Part shown: positions 1 through 8,901 of the stretch, in pieces
How the letters are laid out: the number at the start of each line of letters is the position of its first letter
Numbering within the stretch: the first letter of the stretch is position 1
NCBI GenBank assembly: GCA_965261975.1
Contig: CBDHEC010000024.1
Coordinates: 39,763 to 103,762, forward strand
Reading direction: 5' to 3'
Source of the DNA: Alphaproteobacteria bacterium
Lineage (GTDB): Bacteria > Pseudomonadota > Alphaproteobacteria > UBA6615
Length of the DNA: 64,000 nt
The notes under the pieces: model-generated
Seen by the model: the letters and a program-made list of their open reading frames with translations, nothing else
Databases searched by the model: none
Told to the model about the DNA's origin: nothing
Translations under genes and position numbers: made by a program

Positions 1-170
1 ATGGCAATGGCCTTGCCATCTTCGGTGCGGCCGCCGGGGCCCACGGAGACGACTTCGCCTTCCGAAGGTTTTTCCTGGGCCGTATCCGGAATAATGATGC
101 CACCCGCCGTCTTTTCGTCGGAACCGACGCGACGCACCACTACCCGGTCATGCAAAGGGCGAAAGCTCAT
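1..170 (-). CDS. groES: co-chaperonin GroES, first 56 codons (gene runs off the left edge)
   Basis: Absent from the ORF track because it is truncated. Reverse-strand translation from the ATG at 170-168 gives [56 protein letters not shown], a textbook GroES N-terminus. AGGAGG (complement of 179-184) lies 8 nt upstream. Confidence 0.9.
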   Translation of the reverse strand, partial: MSFRPLHDRVVVRRVGSDEKTAGGIIIPDTAQEKPSEGEVVSVGPGGRTEDGKAIA

Positions 171-220
171 CCCCTTATCCTCCTGTAATATATGAATATT
201 TTCGCGGTCTCGCCGAGTTA

Positions 221-247
221 ATAGCACTCATCCCGCGTGAGTGCCAG
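221..247 (-). promoter_or_regulatory. CIRCE (HrcA operator), promoter-proximal copy
   Basis: ATAGCACTC-N9-GAGTGCCAG matches 15/18 positions of TTAGCACTC-N9-GAGTGCTAA. It sits between the putative -10 and the groES start. Confidence 0.75.
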
Positions 248-248
248 A

Positions 249-287
249 CAGGTAGTGGTCCGGCTGGCCTCTGTCAACCCGCGGTCA
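249..287 (-). promoter_or_regulatory. putative sigma70-type promoter of groES
   Basis: On the groES strand: TTGACA (complement of 282-287), 17 nt, TACCTG (complement of 249-254), immediately followed by CIRCE. The -10 is weak. Confidence 0.35.
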
Positions 288-332
288 GCGTGGAAATCGA
301 ACTTTTTTTGCCGCCGGCAACCCGGTCCGTTA

Positions 333-359
333 GCAGCACTCGACGCCGATCGGTGCTAA
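333..359 (-). promoter_or_regulatory. second, distal CIRCE-like inverted repeat
   Basis: GCAGCACTC-N9-CGGTGCTAA matches 14/18 positions of the CIRCE consensus with the correct 9-nt spacer. Confidence 0.55.
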
Positions 360-449
360 TGCCTTGTTGTTAAACGTTTTTGTTGCCGATGCGGCTGTCC
401 CTCGGGATAATTCTGATCACCTGGCGATTCGGTTTGTTCAACCATTGAG

Positions 450-725
450 GTGTCAGCGATGCAAAGGAACATGGCGTTACAGATGGAAGGGTGGCGGATG
501 ACCACCGCCGAGATCATCTATCACATGCCCGATCACCCCGGCATTCTCCAGAGTTTCGTCTGGCAAAAGCTCGACTACCCGCCGGCGTTTCCCAAGCTGC
601 ACAAGTTCCTGGATTTCTGGACCGAGAATCTCGACGGGCCGCTGCATTCGGTCCGCGTCGGGCACACCGAGATCATCGCGCCGCCGAAGTTCCGCAACGT
701 CGAAAAGTCGTTCGACCTGCACTGA
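450..725 (+). CDS. usg: Usg-like family protein
   Basis: TTAEIIYHMPDHPGILQSFVWQKLDYPPAFPKLHKFLDFWTENLDGPLHSVRV resembles the alphaproteobacterial Usg family (PF06233) as I remember it. The true start may be an internal Met at 471 or 498. Confidence 0.75.
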   Translation: MSAMQRNMALQMEGWRMTTAEIIYHMPDHPGILQSFVWQKLDYPPAFPKLHKFLDFWTENLDGPLHSVRVGHTEIIAPPKFRNVEKSFDLH

Positions 726-740
726 GTATCTCGCCCCGGT

Positions 741-1454
741 TCAGGGCGTCAGATAGGCCTCGCGCACGCTCTCGTCGGCCGCGATGTCCGCGATCGGTCC
801 CTCGACGAGAATACGGCCCCGCTCGATGACCGCGGCCCGGCTCGCCACATGGGTGGCGAACCGGACATTCTGCTCGGACAGAAGAACCGTCAGTCCCTCG
901 GCCGCGAGCGTGCCTATCGTCGCGGCGATCTGCTGCACGATCACAGGCGCCAGCCCCTCCGACGGTTCGTCCAACAGGATGATCTGCGGATTGCCCATCA
1001 GTGTGCGCGCGATTGTCAGCATCTGCTGTTCGCCACCCGACAACTGACCGGCCTGGCGATCCCGCATCCCGGCGAGCGGCGGAAACAGATCGAAGATTCT
1101 CTCACGGGTCCATGTCGCGCTGTCGCCAACACCGGCGCGCTCCCCCACGAGGAGGTTTTCGTCCACGCTGAGACCGCCGAAAACCCGCCGCGTCTCCGGC
1201 ACATAGCCCAGGCCCGCGCGAGCAATCGTGTAGGACGCCGCCCCCGTCACATCGCGCGCGCCGACAAACACACGCCCGGCGCGCACGTCCACCAGCCCCA
1301 TGGCCGCCTTGAGGGTCGTCGATTTTCCCGCGCCATTGCGGCCGAGCAGCACCGTGACCGCCCCGGACGGCACTTCGAGATCGACCCCGAACAGCGCCTG
1401 CGCGGTGCCGTAAAAGGCCTCGATCCCCGTTAAACGCAGCGCCGGATCGCTCAT
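741..1454 (-). CDS. livF: branched-chain amino acid-type ABC transporter ATP-binding protein (LivF-like)
   Basis: Walker A GRNGAGKST, signature LSGGEQQML, Walker B ILLDEPSEGL. 4-nt overlap with the upstream ATPase gene. Confidence 0.9.
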   Translation of the reverse strand: MSDPALRLTGIEAFYGTAQALFGVDLEVPSGAVTVLLGRNGAGKSTTLKAAMGLVDVRAGRVFVGARDVTGAASYTIARAGLGYVPETRRVFGGLSVDENLLVGERAGVGDSATWTRERIFDLFPPLAGMRDRQAGQLSGGEQQMLTIARTLMGNPQIILLDEPSEGLAPVIVQQIAATIGTLAAEGLTVLLSEQNVRFATHVASRAAVIERGRILVEGPIADIAADESVREAYLTP

Positions 1455-2212
1455 GTCACCGCCTCGTCGGCATCGAAACTGCCGAGATAGACGGCCTGCA
1501 CTTTCTCATCCGCGCGAATTTCGTCCGGGCGACCCTCCGCGATCACCTGGCCCCGGTCGAGAACGATCACCCGGTCCGCATGGCCAAACACGACGTCCAT
1601 GTCATGTTCGGTGAAAAGCACCGCCACGCCACGCTCCGCAACCATCAAGTCCACCAAATCCATCATCCCGCCGCGCGCGTCGGCCGCCATGCCCGCCGTG
1701 GGCTCGTCCATCAACAGCAGCGAGGGCTGGTTGGTCATCGCCACGGCGAGCTCCAGTCGCTTGAGATCGCCATAGGGCAGTTCCACCGTCGCATCGCCGC
1801 CACGGGCCGCGAGCCCGACCAGCTCGACCAGCTCCCCGGCCTCGTCCAGATACCGGTCGCCCAGCCGCCGCAGGAGACCGGTCGCCGCCCCATCGGCTGA
1901 CGCAAGTGCCACCTGAATATTCTCGACAACCGTCATGCTGGAGAATGTTGCGGTGATCTGGAAGGTGCGGCCGACACCATGGCGCCAGATCCGGTGCGGC
2001 GCATGGCCTGTAACGTCGCGCCCGGAGATATGTATCCGGCCCTCGTCGGGCGGCAACTGGCCATTGATGCAATTGAACAGGGTCGTTTTGCCCGCACCGT
2101 TGGGCCCGATCAACGCGACCCGCTCCCCCTGGCCCACCGTAAAGGATACGCCGCCGACCGCCTGCACGCCGCCAAACGCCTTGGAAAGTCGTTCGATCTG
2201 CAGAACGCTCAT
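1451..2212 (-). CDS. livG: branched-chain amino acid-type ABC transporter ATP-binding protein (LivG-like)
   Basis: The real start is Met147 of the 399-aa track ORF (MSVLQIERLSKAFGG...). Walker A GPNGAGKTT and Walker B LLLMDEPTAGM. ATGA overlap with the permease stop. Confidence 0.9.
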   Translation of the reverse strand: MSVLQIERLSKAFGGVQAVGGVSFTVGQGERVALIGPNGAGKTTLFNCINGQLPPDEGRIHISGRDVTGHAPHRIWRHGVGRTFQITATFSSMTVVENIQVALASADGAATGLLRRLGDRYLDEAGELVELVGLAARGGDATVELPYGDLKRLELAVAMTNQPSLLLMDEPTAGMAADARGGMMDLVDLMVAERGVAVLFTEHDMDVVFGHADRVIVLDRGQVIAEGRPDEIRADEKVQAVYLGSFDADEAVT

Positions 2213-4050
2213 GACGACCGCCGTTGCAAAATCGATGACAGGCCGGCGAGGCCATGCGGCAGCACCACGACGAGCAGGATGATCAGAATGCCCAGACACA
2301 ATTGCCAGAGATCGGTCAGGCGCGTCAGCTCGGTCTCGATCTCCGTCAGCGCAATCGCCCCCAAAATGGGCCCGGCCAGTGACTGCAACCCGCCGAGCAG
2401 CACCATCACCAGCCCGTCGACCGAGGTGGAGACAAACAGGACGTCGGGAAACACGCTGCCCTTGGCGAACGCAAAGAAGCCGCCCGCCACACCGGCTGCG
2501 GCACCCGCCAGCGTGAAAGCGAGCCATCGATGCCGGGTCACGTCCACCCCGATCGCGGCCGAGCGCAGGGCAGAATCGCGGGTCGCACGCAGCGTGTAGC
2601 CGAACGGGCTGTAAACCATGTGCCGCAATCCCCAGATCACGGCCGCGCACACGGCGAAGGCCAGGTAATAAAAGACGACAGGATCTGCCGCCCAGTCGCT
2701 CGGCCAGACACCCAGTATGCCGTTGTCACCGCCCGTGAAGCCGATCCACTGGAACGCGGCCGACCAGGCGATCTGCGCGAAGGCCAGCGTCAGCATCGCC
2801 ATATAGATGCCCGACAGCCGCACGCAGAACCAGCCGAACAAAAGCGCGCCGGCCGCCCCCGCCAGCGGCGCCAGCAACAACGCCGGGGCCATCCCCAGCG
2901 ACAGGTGGAACACCGCCAGGCCCGACCCATACGCCCCGAGCCCGAAATAGGCCGCATGGCCGAAGGTGATCAGCCCGCCGCCCCAGAGAAGGAAATGCAG
3001 GCTCGCGGCGAACAGGGCCAGGATCGCGATCTCGGTCAGCACCACGATCGTGAAATCGCCGATGATCAACGGGGCTGCCACCCCCACGACCAGCAAGGCC
3101 AACCAGAAGACCCGGCTGAGACCATCGCCGGCCCGCAACGGCGGATCGGGGTTGCGCCGGTCCTCGGCCGTCGTGAACTCCGGCCGCCCGAAAAGTCCGC
3201 TCGGCTTCAATACCAGCGTGACCGCCATCACCAGGAAGATCAGGACCAGCGTGATCTCGGGAAATATCACCACGCCGAAGGCGAGTAATTCACTGATCAG
3301 CACGGCCGCAACGAAGGCGCCCATGATGGACCCCATACCGCCGACCACGACGACGACAAATGCATCGACGATGATGTTCAGATCCATCGACAGGCTCGCC
3401 GCCTGACGCGGAATCTGCAGCGCACCACCCAGCCCGGCCAGTGCCGCGCCGAGTATGAAGGCGCCGGTGAACAGCCAGCGTTGATCAATGCCGAGTGCGG
3501 CGACCATTTCGCGATCCTCGGTCGCCGCGCGCACAAGCACGCCAAACCTCGTATGCCGAAACAACGCCCACAGGCCGCCGAGGACGACAAACGCGATGGC
3601 GATCAGAAACAGGTCATACTCGGGAACCGCATGACCGAGGATCTCGATGGCGCCATCGAGGCCGGGCATGCGCGGCGCAAAAAGATCATCCGCACCCCAG
3701 ACAATCCGCGTCAGGTCCTGAACAGCGAGCACGACCCCGAATGTCGCGAGCAGCTGGAACAGTTCGGGGGCACGGTAGATCCGCCGCAGCAGGCCGGTCT
3801 CCATAACCGCGCCCAGGCCACCGACAATAATCGCGGCAAGCAGGATCGCCGCGAGGTAGCCGAGGAAAGTGTCACCGAACGCGGCGGCGAAGCTGAACGC
3901 GAGATAGGCGCCGAGCATATAGAGCGAGCCGTGTGCGAAATTGACGACCCGGGTGACCCCGAACACGATCGACAACCCGACCGCGATCAGGAACAGGGAC
4001 GCTGCACTGGCCAGTCCCGTGATCGCCTGGACGACAATAAAGCTCAACAC
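2209..4050 (-). CDS. fused LivH-LivM ABC transporter permease
   Basis: Single 613-aa ORF. The N-terminal half is LivH-like (VNFAHGSLYMLGAYLAF). The C-terminal half is LivM-like (LITFGHAAYFGLGAYGSGL). Many hydrophobic segments. Confidence 0.85.
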   Translation of the reverse strand: MLSFIVVQAITGLASAASLFLIAVGLSIVFGVTRVVNFAHGSLYMLGAYLAFSFAAAFGDTFLGYLAAILLAAIIVGGLGAVMETGLLRRIYRAPELFQLLATFGVVLAVQDLTRIVWGADDLFAPRMPGLDGAIEILGHAVPEYDLFLIAIAFVVLGGLWALFRHTRFGVLVRAATEDREMVAALGIDQRWLFTGAFILGAALAGLGGALQIPRQAASLSMDLNIIVDAFVVVVVGGMGSIMGAFVAAVLISELLAFGVVIFPEITLVLIFLVMAVTLVLKPSGLFGRPEFTTAEDRRNPDPPLRAGDGLSRVFWLALLVVGVAAPLIIGDFTIVVLTEIAILALFAASLHFLLWGGGLITFGHAAYFGLGAYGSGLAVFHLSLGMAPALLLAPLAGAAGALLFGWFCVRLSGIYMAMLTLAFAQIAWSAAFQWIGFTGGDNGILGVWPSDWAADPVVFYYLAFAVCAAVIWGLRHMVYSPFGYTLRATRDSALRSAAIGVDVTRHRWLAFTLAGAAAGVAGGFFAFAKGSVFPDVLFVSTSVDGLVMVLLGGLQSLAGPILGAIALTEIETELTRLTDLWQLCLGILIILLVVVLPHGLAGLSSILQRRSS

Positions 4051-4113
4051 ATCCTCCGGCGCCGTGGCCTGTCCAGGCGCCGCTCCCCCGGGCTGGCGGG
4101 GCGACCCGTGACG

Positions 4114-5334
4114 TTACTTGGCGGTTCGAAGTTTACGGACCGTCGCGTCGTCGGGCAGATAGTCGGCGCCATTCGCATAGCGGAAATCCACCATGACGCC
4201 CTTCCCGTCAACCTTTGCGGTACGCCCCACATAAGCGCCCATCGTCGATTGATGGTCGATCGCGCGATAGGTGATCGGGCCGAACGGCGTGTCGAGCTCG
4301 AGATCCTTCATCGCCGCGACCATCGCATCGGTCTCGCTCGAGCCGGCCTTCTCGAGCATGGCGGCGATCGTCAGGATCGTGTTGTAACCGACGATCGAGC
4401 CCGCCCGCGGGTAATCGTTGAACCGCTTGCTGTAGGCGTCGAGAAAAGCCTTGTGCCCGGCATCATCGATCAACTGCCAGGGATATCCGGTAACGATCCA
4501 GCCCTCCGGCGCCTCGCCCTTGAGCGCGTCGAGATACTCCGGCTCCCCCGTCAACAGGCTGACCACCTCGCGGTCCTGGAACAGGCCACGCAATTGTCCC
4601 TCGCGCACGAACTTCGCCAGGTCGATCGAGAAGGTCACGTTGAAGATCGCATCGGGCTTGGCCTGGGCAATCGCCTGCACGGTCGCACCCGCATCAAGCT
4701 TGAACAGCGCCGGCCACTGCTGGCCGACGAACTCGACGTCCGGGCGCAAACTCTTGAGCACATCCTGGAAGGCCTTCACCGCCGACTGACCATATTCATA
4801 GTTCGGTGCAACCGTCGCCCAGCGCTTTGCCGGCAGCTTGGCCGCCTCCTCGGCGAGCATCGCGGCCTGCATATAGGTCGAGGGACGCAGCCGGAACGTA
4901 TAGTCGTTCCCCTTCGCCCAAACGATGGCGTCCGACAGGGGCTCCGAGGCGACGAACAAAACCTTGTTGCGCGCGGCAAAGTCGGCCACCGCGAGACCTA
5001 TATGCGACAGGAACGTGCCGGCGATCAGGTCGACCTTCTCACGCCGCACGAGTTCCTCGGCAAACTTCACCGCGTCAGCGGGTTTCGCGCCGTCGTCGCG
5101 CGAGATGACCTCGAGCTTGCGGCCCAGCACGCCGCCATTCGCGTTGACCTGCTCGACCGCGAGTTGCCAGCCGTTGCGGTAGGGCACGGTGAAGGAGGCC
5201 AGCGGACCGGTGTAGCTGTTGATCTCGCCAATCCGGATCGGATCCTGCTGGGCCTGGACGACTGGCGCGGATGTCAGGGCCAGCAATGCCGCAGCGGCGG
5301 CGATGAAATAGTTGCGAAAGCGCATGCGCAGCAT
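4114..5334 (-). CDS. ABC transporter substrate-binding protein (Leu/Ile/Val-binding fold)
   Basis: Start taken at Met34 of the track ORF. Signal peptide MLRMRFRNYFIAAAAALLALTSAPVVQA, then IRIGEINSYTGPLA typical of type-I periplasmic binding proteins. Confidence 0.85.
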   Translation of the reverse strand: MLRMRFRNYFIAAAAALLALTSAPVVQAQQDPIRIGEINSYTGPLASFTVPYRNGWQLAVEQVNANGGVLGRKLEVISRDDGAKPADAVKFAEELVRREKVDLIAGTFLSHIGLAVADFAARNKVLFVASEPLSDAIVWAKGNDYTFRLRPSTYMQAAMLAEEAAKLPAKRWATVAPNYEYGQSAVKAFQDVLKSLRPDVEFVGQQWPALFKLDAGATVQAIAQAKPDAIFNVTFSIDLAKFVREGQLRGLFQDREVVSLLTGEPEYLDALKGEAPEGWIVTGYPWQLIDDAGHKAFLDAYSKRFNDYPRAGSIVGYNTILTIAAMLEKAGSSETDAMVAAMKDLELDTPFGPITYRAIDHQSTMGAYVGRTAKVDGKGVMVDFRYANGADYLPDDATVRKLRTAK

Positions 5335-5578
5335 GGTCGCGGTCTCCTGTGCAATCGGTGGCAAGTTGCGACGCGTTGATCGCGTCCTTCCGTTCCCTTG
5401 AAATCGGTGGATCACGACCCACCGGCCAGACACATATACTCAATGTGAGATCAAGGTTCAACGACAATCGGATACCCTGCGAATCGCGCGCGCGGATACC
5501 CTCCAAATCAGTTGGCGAGATGGGATGGCAGACGCCAATCGGTTTGGATATAGTCCAGCCGAGTTCTAGGGAGGAATC

Positions 5579-6880
5579 ATGACAATCAATGTTGCCGTCA
5601 TCGGCGCAGGGCCGAGCGGATTTTACACGGTCGATGCCTTGCTCAAGGGCGATCAAGACGTCCGGGTCGATATCATCGAACGTTTGCCGACACCCTTCGG
5701 ATTGATCCGTGGTGGTGTCGCACCGGATCACCAGACAACGAAAAAAGTTGCCCGCGTCTATGAAAAGACAGCGTTGCGTGACGGTGTCGGTTATTACGGC
5801 AACGTCGAGGTCGGCCGCGATGTCACGATGGCGGAGTTGCAGGAGATGTACGACGCAGTCGTGCTGGCCGTCGGCGCACCGCGCGATCGCAAGCTTGGAA
5901 TCCCCGGCGAGGACAAGACGGGCGTTTTCGGCTCGGCCGACTTCGTGGGCTGGTACAACGGGCATCCCGACTTCACGGACCTGCAGCCGGACTTGAACAC
6001 CGGCACGGTGGTTGTCATCGGCCAGGGCAATGTCGCCGTCGACGTCGCCCGGGTGCTGGTCAAGACGCCGGAAGAAATGACCGAGACCGATATTGCCGAT
6101 CACGCGGCCGACGCCGTCGAGGCCTCGCCCATCGCCGACGTGTATATGGTCGGTCGGCGCGGCCCGATCGAAGCGAAGTTCACGAATGTCGAACTGCGCG
6201 AGATGGGCAAGTTGGACGATTGTCAGCCTGTCATCGATCCGGGCCAGCTGCCCGACGAGGTCACCGGCGACTGGTCCGATCGGGACAAGCGCCTCAAGGA
6301 CCGCAACCTCGCGACGATGAAGGAATTTCCCGACGTCGACCCGGCGGGCAAGTCGAAGCGCGTCCATTTCACCTTCTATGCGAAACCGATCGAGATTCTC
6401 GGCGGCGACAAGGTGGAAGGCATCCGGATGGAACACACCCGTGTCGAGGATGGTCGCTCGGTGGGAACCGGCGAATTTTTCGAAATCGAATGTGGCCTGG
6501 TCATTCCGGCGATCGGCTATTTCTCCGATCCGTTCCCCGGCGTGCCGTTCGACGCCGATAACGGCATCGTGGTGCATGACGAGGGCCGGGTCAGCGACGG
6601 CGTCTATGCGGTCGGCTGGATCAAGCGCGGTCCGACCGGCGTGATCGGCACCAACAAGCCCGACGGAGACATCGCCGCGACGCAGATCTTCGAGGACATC
6701 GCGGACGGTACGAAGCCCGGCCGCGAGGCGCTGGAAGCATTGCTGAAGGACCGCGATGTTCGCTGTCTGACCTATCAGGACTGGCAGACAATCGACGCCG
6801 CCGAAGTGGCGGCGGCGAAGCCTGGCGCGCCACGGCGGAAATTCGTGACCATCGACACGATGATCGACGCTCTTGACTGA
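5579..6880 (+). CDS. FAD/NADPH ferredoxin-NADP+ reductase, adrenodoxin-reductase (FprA) type
   Basis: N-terminal VAVIGAGPSGFY dinucleotide fold, LIRGGVAPDH motif, second fold VVVIGQGNVAVD. 433 aa. GGAGG RBS upstream. Confidence 0.8.
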   Translation: MTINVAVIGAGPSGFYTVDALLKGDQDVRVDIIERLPTPFGLIRGGVAPDHQTTKKVARVYEKTALRDGVGYYGNVEVGRDVTMAELQEMYDAVVLAVGAPRDRKLGIPGEDKTGVFGSADFVGWYNGHPDFTDLQPDLNTGTVVVIGQGNVAVDVARVLVKTPEEMTETDIADHAADAVEASPIADVYMVGRRGPIEAKFTNVELREMGKLDDCQPVIDPGQLPDEVTGDWSDRDKRLKDRNLATMKEFPDVDPAGKSKRVHFTFYAKPIEILGGDKVEGIRMEHTRVEDGRSVGTGEFFEIECGLVIPAIGYFSDPFPGVPFDADNGIVVHDEGRVSDGVYAVGWIKRGPTGVIGTNKPDGDIAATQIFEDIADGTKPGREALEALLKDRDVRCLTYQDWQTIDAAEVAAAKPGAPRRKFVTIDTMIDALD

Positions 6881-7031
6881 CTGGCAAAACACCTTAGTTG
6901 GGCCTTTAAGGCACCAGTTTATGCTTGAAACGAGCACACAGGCGGATGAATGTAGCGCCGCGCAACGAGACGTGCGTGCATCCGAACATTAATCTGAATT
7001 CAAAGCCGAGTTTACGGGAAGGAAATACCCG

Positions 7032-8900
7032 ATGTCTGAGGTAGCGGCCGTCGAAAGGCCGGAAGAGAAACGCCACGAAATTGAATCCGCGGTTGTAAGA
7101 TTCGCAGGTGATTCCGGTGACGGCATGCAGCTCACCGGCAGCCAGTTCACCATGACCGCGGCAATCGCCGGCAACGACCTGGCCACCTTCCCCGATTTCC
7201 CCGCCGAGATTCGCGCCCCTGCGGGCACGACCTTCGGCGTCTCGGCGTTCCAGATTAATTTTGGTGCCCGCAAGATCATGACCTCGGGCGACCTGCTCGA
7301 CGTGCTGGTGGTGATGAACCCCGCCGCACTCGTGACCAATCTCGCGGACGTGAAACCGAACGGCATCGTCATCGCCGATTCCGGCGCCTTCACCGACCGC
7401 AACCTGACCAAGGCGGGCTACACGGAAAACCCGCTCGAGAATGACAGCCTCGACGGCTACCGGCTGGTCAAGATCGACATGTCCCGCCTCACCGTCGAAG
7501 CGGTCAAGGAATTCGGGCTGTCCAACAAGGAAGCGCTGCGCTCCAAGAACATGTGGGCGCTCGGCCTCGTTTATTGGATGTACGGCCGCAAGCGGCAGGC
7601 CTCGGTCGACTGGCTCGAAGCGAAGTTCGCCAAGAACCCGGATGTCGCCAAGGCGAATATCGCGGCGCTCAATGCCGGCCACGCCTTCGGCGAGACCGCC
7701 GAGATGCCGGCCGAGCTGGGCACCTTCGATGTCGAGCCGGCCAAGATCGAACCCGGCCTGTATCGGACGATCACAGGTGCAGAATCGGTCTCCCTCGGGC
7801 TGCTCGCAGGCTCCCTGCTCGCCGATCTGAAGATCGCCTTCTGCTCCTACCCGATCACGCCGGCCTCTGCCCTGCTGCATCAGCTGGCGCGGATGAAGGA
7901 GTTCGGCGTCGTGACCTTCCAGGCGGAAGACGAGATCGCCGCCGCCGCGGCCGCCATCGGGGCCTCCTATGCCGGCTCACTGGGCATCACCTCGAGCTCC
8001 GGCCCGGGCATCGCGCTCAAGATGGAGGCAATCGGCCTGGCCATCGCCACCGAGCTTCCCCTGGTCGTGATCAACTCCCAGCGCGCAGGTCCGTCGACCG
8101 GGCTGCCAACCAAGACCGAACAATCGGACCTGTATCAGGCCGTATATGGCCGCAACGGCGATGCGCCGATGCCGGTGATTTCGGTCTCGACGCCGTCCGA
8201 CGGGTATGAGGTGGCCATCGAGGCCATCCGTATCGCGACGAAATACATGACCCCGGTCATGGTCCTGACGGATGGCTACATCACCAATGCATCCGAACCC
8301 TGGCTGATCCCCGACGCGGACGATGCCGAGCGCTTCGACGTCAGTTTCCGCACCGATCCGGAGAACTTCCAACCCTTCATGCGCGACGACGAAACCCTCG
8401 CGCGTCCTTGGGTCAAGCCGGGCACGCCGGACCTGATGCATCGGATCGGCGGCATCGAGCGCTCCTACGACAGCGGTCATATTTCCTACGATCCGGAAAA
8501 CCATCAGAAGATGACCGATGTGCGCGCCGCGAAGGTGCTCGGGATCGCCGACGACATTCCCGAACAGACGGTCAGTGTCGGTGAGGCCGGCGCCAAGCTC
8601 GCGGTCGTGGGCTGGGGCTCGACCTACGGGCCGATCAACCGCGCCGTCAACAACATGCGCGACGATGGGCTGGACGTGGCACAGATTCACCTGCGCTACA
8701 TCTGGCCGCTGCCGCGCAACCTCGAGGCACTTCTCGGCACCTTCGACCAGATCCTGGTGCCGGAAATGAACACCGGTCAGTTGCGCACCCTGTTGCGTGA
8801 CCAGTTCCTCTTGCCCGCTGAAGGGCTCAACAAAGTCAACGGCAAGCCGTTCCTCATCGGAGAGCTTGAAGACGCAATCCGCGCCCGGCTGGAGAAGTAG
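7032..8900 (+). CDS. korA: 2-oxoglutarate:ferredoxin (2-oxoacid:acceptor) oxidoreductase subunit alpha
   Basis: 622 aa. RFAGDSGDGMQLTGSQFT N-terminus and overall size are typical of KorA-type fused alpha/gamma subunits. Followed directly by korB. Confidence 0.85.
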   Translation: MSEVAAVERPEEKRHEIESAVVRFAGDSGDGMQLTGSQFTMTAAIAGNDLATFPDFPAEIRAPAGTTFGVSAFQINFGARKIMTSGDLLDVLVVMNPAALVTNLADVKPNGIVIADSGAFTDRNLTKAGYTENPLENDSLDGYRLVKIDMSRLTVEAVKEFGLSNKEALRSKNMWALGLVYWMYGRKRQASVDWLEAKFAKNPDVAKANIAALNAGHAFGETAEMPAELGTFDVEPAKIEPGLYRTITGAESVSLGLLAGSLLADLKIAFCSYPITPASALLHQLARMKEFGVVTFQAEDEIAAAAAAIGASYAGSLGITSSSGPGIALKMEAIGLAIATELPLVVINSQRAGPSTGLPTKTEQSDLYQAVYGRNGDAPMPVISVSTPSDGYEVAIEAIRIATKYMTPVMVLTDGYITNASEPWLIPDADDAERFDVSFRTDPENFQPFMRDDETLARPWVKPGTPDLMHRIGGIERSYDSGHISYDPENHQKMTDVRAAKVLGIADDIPEQTVSVGEAGAKLAVVGWGSTYGPINRAVNNMRDDGLDVAQIHLRYIWPLPRNLEALLGTFDQILVPEMNTGQLRTLLRDQFLLPAEGLNKVNGKPFLIGELEDAIRARLEK

Positions 8901-8901
8901 A

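Noticed and set aside
1-195. 64-aa plus-strand ORF at the left edge.
   Set aside because: It is the antisense frame of groES. The minus-strand translation is an unmistakable GroES N-terminus with its own AGGAGG.
5579-6880. The FprA-type reductase considered as the missing BoxA.
   Set aside because: It lacks the N-terminal double [4Fe-4S] ferredoxin domain of BoxA, lies about 20 kb from boxB, and is linked to korAB instead.
6885-6905. TGGCAAAACACCTTAG upstream of korA considered as a sigma54 (-24/-12) promoter.
   Set aside because: The GG is present, but the -12 GC element is replaced (TTAG rather than TTGC), and no activator gene is nearby.
3481-6937. Very long ORFs 3481-5379 (+, 632 aa) and 5075-6937 (-, 620 aa).
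   Set aside because: They lie antisense to the permease/binding-protein genes and to the FprA-type reductase gene. Their translations are Arg/Gly/Asp-rich low-complexity sequence typical of out-of-frame high-GC DNA, with no recognisable motifs.
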